64,000 nt of DNA from Polyangiaceae bacterium (GCA_965222375.1 CBDCTZ010000014.1:1248001-1312000); one strand, 5' to 3'; counted from the stretch's first letter, positions 47,486 to 56,527 are shown. Notes: generated by a model from the sequence alone, not told the origin. A program made the numbers and translations.

Positions 47486-47737
47486 ATGTCGTCGGGGAGT
47501 ACGCCCAAACAGCGAGGTATCGACGTCGGTCAGTTGCTGAGGGCAACTCTTGGCCGGTCGCGGCCCCGAACTGACATGCAGGAGCGGGTGCGCACCAGAC
47601 TGGCTGCGACGGAAACCGCTGGAGAGTGGGTGCTCCTCGTATTGGCAGCACCAGTCAGTGGCTTCTCCCACAGCTTCGACCGAATGACCAAGGCGCAAGA
47701 CGAGGAGGAGACGAACGATGCTGACGCTGGCCGCTAG
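47486..47737 (+). CDS. Small hypothetical protein (possibly anti-sigma-like)
   Basis: Overlaps the next gene by 20 nt; DVGQLLR..D...RVR.RL, short hydrophobic stretch, acidic tail. Confidence 0.5.
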   Translation: MSSGSTPKQRGIDVGQLLRATLGRSRPRTDMQERVRTRLAATETAGEWVLLVLAAPVSGFSHSFDRMTKAQDEEETNDADAGR

Positions 47738-48596
47738 CGTGGACCCTCTGGCGACGGTTTCCAGGTACGCCGGGCCGCCCCTACGAAGCCTGGGCGCGGC
47801 TGCTGCCAAGTACGCGCCTTCGCTTTTGGGTGGACTGGTCGTGCTGGTCCTCCTGTACATCGTCGCGCGTGTCATCCGTTCGGTCCTGACACGTCTGCTC
47901 TCCGCGTCGAAGCTGGATGACGCTATCAAGAAGAGCCGCTTCCAGAAGATCCTCGAATCCGTCAGCCCGGGCCTGACCGCCTCGAGGGCCTGCGCGGAGC
48001 TGGTGTACATCGCTATCCTGCTCTTGGGCGTTTCGAGTGCGACCGAAAGCTGGGGCATGCCGGCTGTGCAACAGACCCTCAGCAAGATGCTTGGCTATTT
48101 CCCACGCGTCATCTCTGCGCTGGTCGTCTTTGCTGTGGGTGGATACCTGGCGGGTATCGCTCGTCGCGCGGTTGGGGGCGCGCTGCGCGCTGCACGGAGC
48201 TCCGCTGCCGGGGCGCTGGAAAGTGCCACTGAGGGTGCCCTGCTGGTGATCATCGGGTTGATCGCCATCGACATTTTGGGCGTTAACATCTCCTTTCTGT
48301 CCGCGAACTTGACGCTCGCGATGGGCGCGCTGTTGCTCGCCCTGACTTTTCTTTTCGGTTGGTCGATGCGCCGCCCGGCAGAGGAACTCATGGCTAACTA
48401 CTACCTGCGTCGCCTAGTGAGCGTGGGAGACCACATCAGCCTCGCCGGCGTGGAGGGCACGGTCACCCAGTTCGCCCCCCTTGGCTTGCTTCTGCAAGAC
48501 GGCGAGGGCCAGGAGGTCTTCCTGCCGGCCCGGCACGTCCTCAACGGGCTGCGCCGCACGAAGCGGGCGAGCGTCTCCGGTGACGGTGACGGTTGA
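47718..48596 (+). CDS. MscS-related (CmpX/TM_helix-repeat) membrane protein lacking the C-terminal cage domain
   Basis: GAGGAG SD; two TM_helix repeats (YAPSLLGGLVVL.., YFPRVISALVVF..GGYLA); ANYYLRR.VSVGDHI...EGTV beta domain. Confidence 0.85.
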   Translation: MLTLAASVDPLATVSRYAGPPLRSLGAAAAKYAPSLLGGLVVLVLLYIVARVIRSVLTRLLSASKLDDAIKKSRFQKILESVSPGLTASRACAELVYIAILLLGVSSATESWGMPAVQQTLSKMLGYFPRVISALVVFAVGGYLAGIARRAVGGALRAARSSAAGALESATEGALLVIIGLIAIDILGVNISFLSANLTLAMGALLLALTFLFGWSMRRPAEELMANYYLRRLVSVGDHISLAGVEGTVTQFAPLGLLLQDGEGQEVFLPARHVLNGLRRTKRASVSGDGDG

Positions 48597-48612
48597 GCGG
48601 CGGAACTGAGCC

Positions 48613-50274
48613 ATGGCCGTCACCCTCTCTGAGGTCAGCGACGCAGATCTAGTAACGGCGTGTCGCGACGAAAACAAAGACGTCGCGCTATCGGAACTGG
48701 TGAGGCGGCACCAGATCCCAGTCTTTCGGCTGCTGGTGGGCATGCTGCCTACGCCCGATCACGCGGAAGCCGCGTGCGCGAAGATATTCGTCGAGGCGAG
48801 TCACCGCTTAGAAGAGCTGGAGCAGCCTGACGGTTTTCGAAGCTGGGTGGTCGACCTCGCTCGGGAATACGTCCGCAGGGATGGGGCAGCCGAAGGAACC
48901 ATCGAACTCGAGCCGCCGGTGTTCCAGCCCGCCAAGCCGCCCGAAGATCTGATGGCCGAAGCTGTGCAGTCAGCCCTTGGTTCATTGCTGCCGGACGAGC
49001 GCCTCGCTCTCGTGATGGCGGATGTCGAGAACGAGCCCGTGAGCTCCATGGCGTCGGTTCTGGGAATTGCGGAGGCGGCCGTCGAACAGAGCGTGGCGCG
49101 CGCGCGGGACAATTTCCTGACCGCCATGCAGGCTGGAGCGCCCACGCTGCATTCAGAAGCCGCATCGGAATCTGGTGACGATGCCGCCGCTGAGATGGGG
49201 GCGGAGCTAGCTTCCTTGCCCGTGGGCGCTGTTGTTGACAAGCGCTACTGCGTCCGGGCGCTGCTTGGGTCTGGCGGTATGGGTGCCGTTTATCGAGCCG
49301 AGCACGTGACGCTTCATCGAGATGTTGCGCTCAAGACGCTGCACGGTCGTCTCGGGGACAACGAGACCCTGCGCAAACGATTCGTGCGAGAGGCGGAAGT
49401 GCTGGGCAAGCTCGAGCACGAGCACTTCGTTTCCGTCTCGGACTTCGGCGAAACCGACAAGGGGTTGCTGTACTTGGTGATGGAGCTCTTGGACGGAAAA
49501 TCCCTAGGAGATCTGATGGAGCAGCAGTGGATTGCTCCGCGGCGCGCCTTCGACATCACGCGCCAGGTTTTGATCGGTTTGGCTCATGCCCACGAGCGAG
49601 GCATCGTGCATCGGGACGTGAAACCCGAGAACATCGTGCTCCTGAGGTCCGAGTCCGGGGGGGACTTCGCCAAAATCCTGGACTTGGGGATCGCGACTAG
49701 CGCGTCAGAATCTGCGTCCGGTCAAGAGGGGGGGGTGTACGGGACGCCGGCCTATATGTCGCCGGAGCAAGTGATGGGTGACGAGCTGGATGGCCGATCG
49801 GATCTGTATGCCGTTTCCGTAATGCTATTCGAGATGCTGACGGGGCAGCTGCCCTTTGATGCGCCCAACACCATGGCGATCCTCGCCAAGCATCTGTCTG
49901 CCACGCCACCCACTTTGGAAGAGGTGGCTCCAGAGCACAGGTACCCGGAGGTCGTGCAAGAGCTCTTCGACGTGGGGCTGAAAAAGAAGGCCAGCATGCG
50001 ATTTCAGAGCGCGGAAGAGTTCATCCAGCGGCTGGACGGCGCCCTGCCGAGTTTGCCGGGAGAGGAGGCCGTGGCTGCTACTCCAGCTCCGCGGCGAAGC
50101 GCGACCACGCAGCCCGTGGAGCGGGCGAAGCCTCGGCCCAAGAACGTTCAGCCCGGCGCCCTACCTTCGGGTGTCGCCACCCAAGCGGGCTCGCGTCCAG
50201 CCCGGATGCTCTGGGCCGCCATCGTGGCCGTCGTACTCGCAGCCCTCCTGGCTTGGCGTCTGCTGGCGAGCTGA
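48613..50274 (+). CDS. Degenerate ECF sigma (regions 2 and 4) fused to a Ser/Thr kinase and C-terminal TM anchor
   Basis: SDADLV..ALSELVRRHQ..FRSWV; ALGSLLPDERLALV..MASVLGI...V...ARAR; GSGGMG, VALK, HRDVKPEN, DLG, GTPAYMSPE; TM LWAAIVAVVLAALLAW. Confidence 0.9.
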   Translation: MAVTLSEVSDADLVTACRDENKDVALSELVRRHQIPVFRLLVGMLPTPDHAEAACAKIFVEASHRLEELEQPDGFRSWVVDLAREYVRRDGAAEGTIELEPPVFQPAKPPEDLMAEAVQSALGSLLPDERLALVMADVENEPVSSMASVLGIAEAAVEQSVARARDNFLTAMQAGAPTLHSEAASESGDDAAAEMGAELASLPVGAVVDKRYCVRALLGSGGMGAVYRAEHVTLHRDVALKTLHGRLGDNETLRKRFVREAEVLGKLEHEHFVSVSDFGETDKGLLYLVMELLDGKSLGDLMEQQWIAPRRAFDITRQVLIGLAHAHERGIVHRDVKPENIVLLRSESGGDFAKILDLGIATSASESASGQEGGVYGTPAYMSPEQVMGDELDGRSDLYAVSVMLFEMLTGQLPFDAPNTMAILAKHLSATPPTLEEVAPEHRYPEVVQELFDVGLKKKASMRFQSAEEFIQRLDGALPSLPGEEAVAATPAPRRSATTQPVERAKPRPKNVQPGALPSGVATQAGSRPARMLWAAIVAVVLAALLAWRLLAS

Positions 50275-50302
50275 CTTGCCTCGGGGCGAACCACGAAGCG
50301 GT

Positions 50303-51067
50303 TCAGCGCGCCTGTACCGCGGCCCACAACCGCTCGAGGGCGTCTTTGGCGCCAAGTCTGAGATGGTACTCGACCATGTCGGACAAGGAACTCGTCCCAG
50401 GGTTGATTTCTACGGTTGGGATCCCCGTGCGCCGAGCTGTCACTACCGGCGCCATGATGTAGGGGAACACCGCGGTCGTGCCGATCACGACGACGAGGTC
50501 GAAGCCCACCCGCAACTCACGCTCAAGGGCTGCAAGGGCGTTGAGGGGTAACATCTCGCCAAACAAGACGACCTCTGGACGCACGATGGCCCGGCACTCG
50601 GGGCAGCGCGGAGGGATTTGGAGCTCTGCGTAGTTGTCGACTTCCGCTTGCCACGCGCACTTGGTGCAAGTGAGCCGCCGTACATTGCCGTGGATCTCGA
50701 TCACGTTGCGAGAGCCCGCGTCGAGGTGGAAGCCATCGACGTTCTGCGTAAGCACCCAACTTCGGTCGATGCGTTGCTCCAGTTTTGCCAAGACTTCATG
50801 CCCTGGGTGGAAGTGCGCTCCTCGGCAGGCACTCTCGAGCCGAGCGATGTACTTCCAACACAGCGCAGGGTCCCGCTGCAGCATGGGTCCCGAGAGCAGT
50901 TCCTCGATGGGGATGCCCTCTTCCGTAGTTTCCGCTTCGTACAGGCCGCCAATGCCCCGGTAGGTGGGCAAGCCGGAATCTGCGCTCATGCCGGCGCCGG
51001 TGATGAACAGCACGCTATCACTCGCCCCGAGCAACTCGGCGACTTCGGAAATCGCGCGCTCCTGCAT
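50303..51067 (-). CDS. cobB: NAD-dependent protein deacylase, sirtuin (CobB-like)
   Basis: TGAGMSADSGLPTYRG, TQNVDGFH, EIHGN, CTKC/CPEC, RPEVVLFGE, IGT, EINP. Confidence 0.93.
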   Translation of the reverse strand: MQERAISEVAELLGASDSVLFITGAGMSADSGLPTYRGIGGLYEAETTEEGIPIEELLSGPMLQRDPALCWKYIARLESACRGAHFHPGHEVLAKLEQRIDRSWVLTQNVDGFHLDAGSRNVIEIHGNVRRLTCTKCAWQAEVDNYAELQIPPRCPECRAIVRPEVVLFGEMLPLNALAALERELRVGFDLVVVIGTTAVFPYIMAPVVTARRTGIPTVEINPGTSSLSDMVEYHLRLGAKDALERLWAAVQAR

Positions 51068-51162
51068 GGCGACCTCAGGTTAGCGCGATTCGCGAGAAAT
51101 CAAGGCCAGGGCGAATTATCCGATATGAAAACGCCTTTCGAGCGTTCCTCCCCTAGAATCCG

Positions 51163-51702
51163 ATGCACGCCGTGGCCCTGCAACCCGATCTGGTCTGGGA
51201 TACCGAAGTCCGACGACACAACCGCAAGGTCGTCACCGTGCTCCTGGCCCGGGGTGTCCGTCTCCCGGACGCCAAGGATCTCGCTCAGGAAGCTTGGGCG
51301 CGGTTGTTCGAAAAGTGGCGGAGCGGCCAGCTGGAGCGCTTGGAGCTGCCCGGGCTGGTCATTCGACAAGCGCTATTTCTGGCTGCGGACCGGCGACGCG
51401 CTGACAAGCGCGCAGACCTGGTGACCTTGCAAGCGGCAGCGCCCAGCTTGGCGGGAGGTAACGGGCCATGCTCCACCAGCCCCGAATCGAGGCTGTTGGC
51501 TGCGGAAGAGCTCGTTCGCGCACGCCAGGCCTTCGCCTCCTGCTCGCCCCGAGCCCGCGAAGTGTTCGCGCGCGCGTACTCGGACAATGTACCACACGCC
51601 CAGCTGGCGGAGAGTCTCGGAATCAGTGTTCAGCGCTTGCGCCAGACACTGTGTGAAGTCCGCGCAAAGCTGCGCGCCGCAATGGAGGAAGCCGATGAGT
51701 AA
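51163..51702 (+). CDS. ECF RNA polymerase sigma factor
   Basis: DAKDLAQEAWARL region 2; region 4 SPRAREVF..HAQLAESLGISVQRLRQTL..RAKLR. Confidence 0.88.
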   Translation: MHAVALQPDLVWDTEVRRHNRKVVTVLLARGVRLPDAKDLAQEAWARLFEKWRSGQLERLELPGLVIRQALFLAADRRRADKRADLVTLQAAAPSLAGGNGPCSTSPESRLLAAEELVRARQAFASCSPRAREVFARAYSDNVPHAQLAESLGISVQRLRQTLCEVRAKLRAAMEEADE

Positions 51703-52675
51703 CGAGCACCTATCTCGGGACACGCTCGTGGCCTACGTGATGGACCATTTGGGCGCGGCGGACACTGAGCGCGTGGAAGCGCACGTCGCCGGCTGTGAGC
51801 AGTGCAGCGTGGCGCTGGAGCAGGAGGCCAAGCTGGAGATTGCGTGCCTGGAGCTCGCGACGGATCTGTCCAACACGTCGCCGAGAGTGGTTTCCACGCC
51901 GGCTGCTTGGCGCGCTCCTCTGATGGGCGGCCTAGCGGCGGCCGCCGTAGCTGCTCTGGGCGTCGCGTGGCAGCGCTCGCGTCCGCCTGTGGTTCCGGAG
52001 CCTTCGGCGACCGTGAGCCCCGCGGCAAGCAGGCTCCCCGTGACCAGCACAGGTGCCGTTGCGATGCCCCCGCCAGCGGCGACGGTCACCGCGGGCTCCA
52101 GCGTTGGGCCGACGGCTAGTGCGCCAACGGTGTTGCCTCCGCCGTCGTCATCGCAACCCCCTGTGTCTGGCAAGTGCAGCGCACCGGTCGTCGGTCTGGT
52201 GGGCGCCCTGGCCATCCCCCAGGGCGACAGCGGAGACATCGAGATCGTGCTCACCAACCACCCGGCAAGCTGTCGCTACTGGGCCGACAAGCAGTTCGAA
52301 AAGTCCTGCGACGTTTGGCGCACCCGAATCACCCTGCCGGCGGAATCGCAGAAGCCGGGCACCTATCGTGTCGAGCAACGCTTTGCCTACCTGGATCAGC
52401 GCCTGAGTCGCTCGGGCGGTGCATGGCAAAAAGGCAGCGTGTGCAAGATGGCTGGTGGCAACCTCAGCGGGAAATTGCGCATCGAGGCTGTGGAAAGGGA
52501 TCGCATCATTGGTTCGATCTGCGGCAGCAAAACGACATACACGCCGAATCCGAACCTCGTGGACGGCCGCTTTGTCGCTCGGCGCTGCCCCGCATGCGCC
52601 ATGACCGGGGATGGCTGCAGGCAGGACGCTGACTGCTGCGCCAACGCTTGTGTGCAGGGCCGCTGCATTCCGTAG
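51695..52675 (+). CDS. Zinc-finger (HxxxCxxC) anti-sigma factor with TM and Cys-rich extracytoplasmic domain
   Basis: VEAHVAGCEQC; TM GGLAAAAVAALGVAW; C-terminal GC..DADCC..C..GRC; overlaps the sigma gene stop. Confidence 0.88.
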   Translation: MSNEHLSRDTLVAYVMDHLGAADTERVEAHVAGCEQCSVALEQEAKLEIACLELATDLSNTSPRVVSTPAAWRAPLMGGLAAAAVAALGVAWQRSRPPVVPEPSATVSPAASRLPVTSTGAVAMPPPAATVTAGSSVGPTASAPTVLPPPSSSQPPVSGKCSAPVVGLVGALAIPQGDSGDIEIVLTNHPASCRYWADKQFEKSCDVWRTRITLPAESQKPGTYRVEQRFAYLDQRLSRSGGAWQKGSVCKMAGGNLSGKLRIEAVERDRIIGSICGSKTTYTPNPNLVDGRFVARRCPACAMTGDGCRQDADCCANACVQGRCIP

Positions 52676-52704
52676 CTCGCGAGCCGATGCCGGCTCGCTC
52701 CAGC

Positions 52705-52858
52705 TCAGGGGCAAAAGGATTCGGGAATGCAGTGTTCGAAGTACGCGCTACCCGAGCCTTCGGGACGATAGTCAGGCGGGCAGTTGGGGGCGGGCTGTGG
52801 CTATCCCACCACAGGCAGTGAGCGCCCAGACGCACACCACTGCGCTCGCTTTCGACAT
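52705..52858 (-). pseudogene. Collapsed lipoprotein gene remnant
   Basis: MSKASAVVCVWALTAC-GG signal, joined out of frame to a Cys-rich C-terminus PNCPPDYRPEGSGSAYFEHCIPESFCP*. Confidence 0.5.
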
Positions 52859-52928
52859 GCGAATGCGATGCATCCAACGGATCTCGCGGATCAAATGCTT
52901 GGGCTGCACTGTCATGACTCGGCATGAC

Positions 52929-52944
52929 GCACGGCTCGTGCCAA
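52929..52944 (-). promoter_or_regulatory. Sigma54-type -24/-12 promoter
   Basis: Minus strand TTGGCACGAGCCGTGC, correct GG-N10-GC spacing, upstream of the lipoprotein remnant. Confidence 0.55.
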
Positions 52945-53014
52945 GTCCCCAAAGCGACGTTCCAGAGTTCCAGAGACGAATTCGCGGAACCCGTGGCCGG
53001 AGTTCGGGGCACGC

Positions 53015-53149
53015 TCAAGGATACATCCGCTTCATGTCGCGGATGGACCGTTGAATCAGCTTCTTGAGTGTCGGCAAGTGCACGTCATCGAGCCGCTTGA
53101 GGTAGAGACACGATACGCTCGTCTTATGCTTGCCGAGCTTCTCCAGTAG
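53015..53149 (-). pseudogene. C-terminal fragment of a DUF1801 (YdhG-like) protein
   Basis: Manual translation LLEKLGKHKTSVSCLYLKRLDDVHLPTLKKLIQRSIRDMKRMYP*; no in-frame start before an upstream TGA. Confidence 0.7.
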
Positions 53150-53169
53150 CGGGAAAGTTCGGTGGGCGT

Positions 53170-53457
53170 GTGGACGGCCATAAGCTACTAGTAACCCGCG
53201 CTTCCCGCGTTCTGCAGTTCCGGGTGCGATTCCGGGAGCGCCAGCTGGTCACCGAGATCACGCTCGAGGACGGATCCTGCACGCCGGAGAAGCTATGTGA
53301 AAGGGTAGGAGCAGCGCTCGATTCGCCCAGGCTCACTGAGCAGGGCGTGGCCAGCACCCATTCCGGGCTGATCTGTGATGATCGACAGGTGACGGAGATG
53401 ATCTTGCAGCTGCTCGGGACATCCGGCCTCGGAGCTCGCGGGGGACCGTACCGCTAG
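53170..53457 (+). CDS. Possible small hypothetical protein
   Basis: Fills a gap, plausible composition, ends GGPYR; no motif. Confidence 0.35.
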   Translation: MDGHKLLVTRASRVLQFRVRFRERQLVTEITLEDGSCTPEKLCERVGAALDSPRLTEQGVASTHSGLICDDRQVTEMILQLLGTSGLGARGGPYR

Positions 53458-53486
53458 CTATCTGCGATGGCACTGGGAGAGGGCGT

Positions 53487-54509
53487 TCAAGTCGGCGTGT
53501 CGACGTCGTCCCAATTGGCGTCCTGAAAGCGAACAAGCCAATTGAGAGCGTGGTGTCGTTCCACAACGACGCCGGGTTCCAGCTCGGCCGGTGGCGGCTG
53601 GTCTTGCACGCCTGCTTCGCGAACGGCCCAGTGCAGACGATAGTGCAAGTCCAAGGCGTCAAGGATTTCCGCGGAGGCGCGAAGGGAAGCTCCAGCGGCT
53701 AGCTTGAGATCTGCCTCGAGCGTGACTTTGGCCACTGCAGAGGCGTCGCATAGGCCCTTGGGCTGTGGCAGGTCGGGCAAGCGCCCCAGGGCCCAGAGGA
53801 AAAGCGCGAGGGCTTCGTAGCGCCACACGGCGTTGACGACCTCCTGCTGCTCCGGCGATGACTGCCCGATGAAGGACGCTTCCTGCGGGCTCAGCCCGGC
53901 AAAGGCTGACGGGAAGCGCTTGCGGAGTTCGGACACTTCGATCGCATGTTGTCCCGCAAGAGATTCCCCTCGGAGCGCGACCAGAAACAACGCAGCGGCG
54001 CGCTCTGCCACCTCGGTTGGCGAGCGGAGCCGCACCTCAACGGACGCGACCACCGGTGGCAAGCTCGCCGGAACGGAGATGCCCAAAGCCTCCAACTGCT
54101 GTTCGGTGCCGTGCTTTCGTGCCAGCGCTTCGGCTGGGTAGGGCAGCTGGGCTTGTGGGTCGGGTTCACCGCCTGGTTGCAGCAAGGCGCGGCCGTCGGG
54201 TGCGCGCACACTTCCGTCTGGCAAGAAGCAGATCGCGTTCGCCGCTTGAGCCCACTGGGCGAAGGTGTCCATCTGATCTTCTTCTACGGAGAGGCTCAAA
54301 TGATGCTGCACGCGCTCTACATGCATCAGCAGATGGAACAGGCCCTGAGTCATCTGCCCGCCACCCTGCTCGAAGATGAAGCCGGAGAACCCATTCAAGT
54401 GTGGGCCCAGCTCCGGGTCACCGCGGTCCCTTCGAGCGTTGAGCACGTGGGCGAAGTCCAGAGGCGGCGTTTCGCGGAGCGTACAATAGGCGTTGATCAG
54501 TGTGGCCAC
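53487..54509 (-). CDS. DUF4272 domain-containing protein
   Basis: LSPQEASF, WRYEAL..LWALG, EILDALDLHYRLHWA, VVVERHHALNWL, WDDVDTPT; GTG start inferred. Confidence 0.88.
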   Translation of the reverse strand: MATLINAYCTLRETPPLDFAHVLNARRDRGDPELGPHLNGFSGFIFEQGGGQMTQGLFHLLMHVERVQHHLSLSVEEDQMDTFAQWAQAANAICFLPDGSVRAPDGRALLQPGGEPDPQAQLPYPAEALARKHGTEQQLEALGISVPASLPPVVASVEVRLRSPTEVAERAAALFLVALRGESLAGQHAIEVSELRKRFPSAFAGLSPQEASFIGQSSPEQQEVVNAVWRYEALALFLWALGRLPDLPQPKGLCDASAVAKVTLEADLKLAAGASLRASAEILDALDLHYRLHWAVREAGVQDQPPPAELEPGVVVERHHALNWLVRFQDANWDDVDTPT

Positions 54510-54541
54510 GTCGCAGGCGTAGCTTGTTGATGCCCGGACGG

Positions 54542-56527
54542 CTAGCTTGGGTTGTCGCCCTGTGGCGCAGCATCCAGGGCGGGGCTGCGACGCACCCAAC
54601 GCAGCCAGATGGGTACCGTGGCCAGGCCCGCGACGAGATTGACTGCAATCCACGACCCGCGCCATGGGAAGAAAGCGGGGGCAGGGCTGCCCACGAGCCA
54701 GGTGCCGAGCCCGGTCAAGATCGCGAAGATCGAAAAACCCGAGCCGAGGGTCGCGCCAAGGCGCAGCAGAAGTCTGCGGCGATCTTGACGCGCGCCTGCG
54801 CCGGCAATGGGTCCCCAGAACCCAGGCGGCCGCGCGCGCTCGTAGAACTTCCGCAGCCGTTTTCGTTCTTCGGCTGGCGTCGCAAGGGCGCCCAGTACTC
54901 CGCCGCCCGTAGCCAACCCCGCCATCAGCAACAAGCGGTTCGCATCGTGCTCAACGTAGCTGAGCAGAAGTGGCGCGGCGACCACAGAGACCGCCAGCGC
55001 GACCAACTCGCCCGTGGCGTTCATGCGCCACCAGAGCCAACGCAAGACCAGTAGAACGCCCACCCCCGCGCCTAGGAGCAAACTGGCCTGCCACGCGGTT
55101 TGGATCGAATCGAGTCGCGGCAAGATGACCAGCGCCGCCAAGAGAATGAAGGCTGTGCTGACCCGGGCGACCCACACCAACCTGCGCGCCGAGGGCTCGC
55201 GCCGAGAGATGTGGCGAGCGTAGAAGCGGCGATAGATGTCGTTCGTGAAATAGGACGCGCCCCAATTGAGGTGTGTGTCCAAGGTCGACGCCAAGGCGCC
55301 GAGCATGCCCGTGAGCATCAGCCCCAACACACCCGGGGGGAGCATCTCAGCCATGCCGCGGACGAAAGTCGCTTCACGTTCCGCGGCCAGCGCACTGCCC
55401 GAGAGGGCACTCGGTGCCGGATACAGCAGCAGCAGGCTCAGCGCGATGGGTAGCCACAACAGGCTGCGCAGCAGCACTTGCGCGATGGCGAATACGACGC
55501 CGGCAGTCTGGGCATCCCGGTCGCTGCGGCAAGCCATGGTGCGCTGAGCGAGATAGCCACTGCCGTCCGCGTTGATCTGACACAGCCACTGAATCAAGAC
55601 GACGCCCATCACTGCCCAGGTCGCGCCCTGGGCGCCGTCCGGGGTGAAGCTCAGGACTTCCGTCGCCGTGAGACCACCCGGGGCCGAGCCGTCTGCGGGG
55701 TACGCTTGCGTCAGTCGCTTCGGAAGCTCGCTCAAGCCCCCAACGGCGTGCACGACGACGGCCGCGTAGCCCAGGGTCGCCAGCATTGCGATCGTGAACT
55801 GCGCCAAGTCCGTCTTCACGACGGCTCGTAGACCCCCGGTGGTCGAGTACAAAGTCGTGAGCAGCACGATTGCGCCGATGGATAGGGCGTTGTTCGTGGA
55901 CGCCGTCCATTGAGCGGGACCGATGCAGCGCTGTTTCAAGCAGCTGCCGACCGTACATACGCCGTCGGCGCCGCAGGGAGCTCCCGACGCAGTCAGCGGC
56001 ATCCCGGCCCACTCCACCACGGAACGAAATACGTCGTACAGACCCGTGGGCAACCACTGATCCCAAACCAAGAAGGGCTCGACGATGCGGGTCGTCGCGA
56101 GTAGCACCATCGCCAGCACGACGCAGTTGAACACCAGGCCGAAGTACAGCGCTTTGAACACGCGCAAAGCCGCGGCGGGCTTGCCGCCATAGCGCGCTTC
56201 AGACAGTTCCGCGTCGGTGAGCACACCACTCCGCCGCCAGCTGGCTCCCAGCACGAGAGCCATCAGCAGAAACGCCAGCGCGTAAATCCACAACCGCCAC
56301 AGCGAGAACACCCCCGCGGTGGCGACCAGCCCGATCACGACCAGGGGCGTGTCTGCCGCGAACTGGGTCGCGGCCATGCTGATGCCCGCCTGCCAGCCCC
56401 GAAGACTGCGCCCCGCCAGAAAGTACTCCTCGAGGCTGGCTCCGGCTCGGCGCGCGCCGCGCAAGCCCCAGAAGATCGAGTAGGCGACGTACGCAAGCAC
56501 GATGGCGACGTCGATCCCGTGCAGCAT
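54542..56527 (-). CDS. Sodium:solute symporter (SSS) family transporter
   Basis: EYFLAGRSL, SMAATQFAADTP, GGLRAVVKTDLAQF, GYLAQR..ACRS, STLDTHLNWGASY. Confidence 0.93.
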   Translation of the reverse strand: MLHGIDVAIVLAYVAYSIFWGLRGARRAGASLEEYFLAGRSLRGWQAGISMAATQFAADTPLVVIGLVATAGVFSLWRLWIYALAFLLMALVLGASWRRSGVLTDAELSEARYGGKPAAALRVFKALYFGLVFNCVVLAMVLLATTRIVEPFLVWDQWLPTGLYDVFRSVVEWAGMPLTASGAPCGADGVCTVGSCLKQRCIGPAQWTASTNNALSIGAIVLLTTLYSTTGGLRAVVKTDLAQFTIAMLATLGYAAVVVHAVGGLSELPKRLTQAYPADGSAPGGLTATEVLSFTPDGAQGATWAVMGVVLIQWLCQINADGSGYLAQRTMACRSDRDAQTAGVVFAIAQVLLRSLLWLPIALSLLLLYPAPSALSGSALAAEREATFVRGMAEMLPPGVLGLMLTGMLGALASTLDTHLNWGASYFTNDIYRRFYARHISRREPSARRLVWVARVSTAFILLAALVILPRLDSIQTAWQASLLLGAGVGVLLVLRWLWWRMNATGELVALAVSVVAAPLLLSYVEHDANRLLLMAGLATGGGVLGALATPAEERKRLRKFYERARPPGFWGPIAGAGARQDRRRLLLRLGATLGSGFSIFAILTGLGTWLVGSPAPAFFPWRGSWIAVNLVAGLATVPIWLRWVRRSPALDAAPQGDNPS

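Noticed and set aside
50303..51067. Sir2-type anti-phage defence effector (Thoeris/DSR)
   Set aside because: Compact Zn-binding CobB-class sirtuin with no defence partner genes adjacent.
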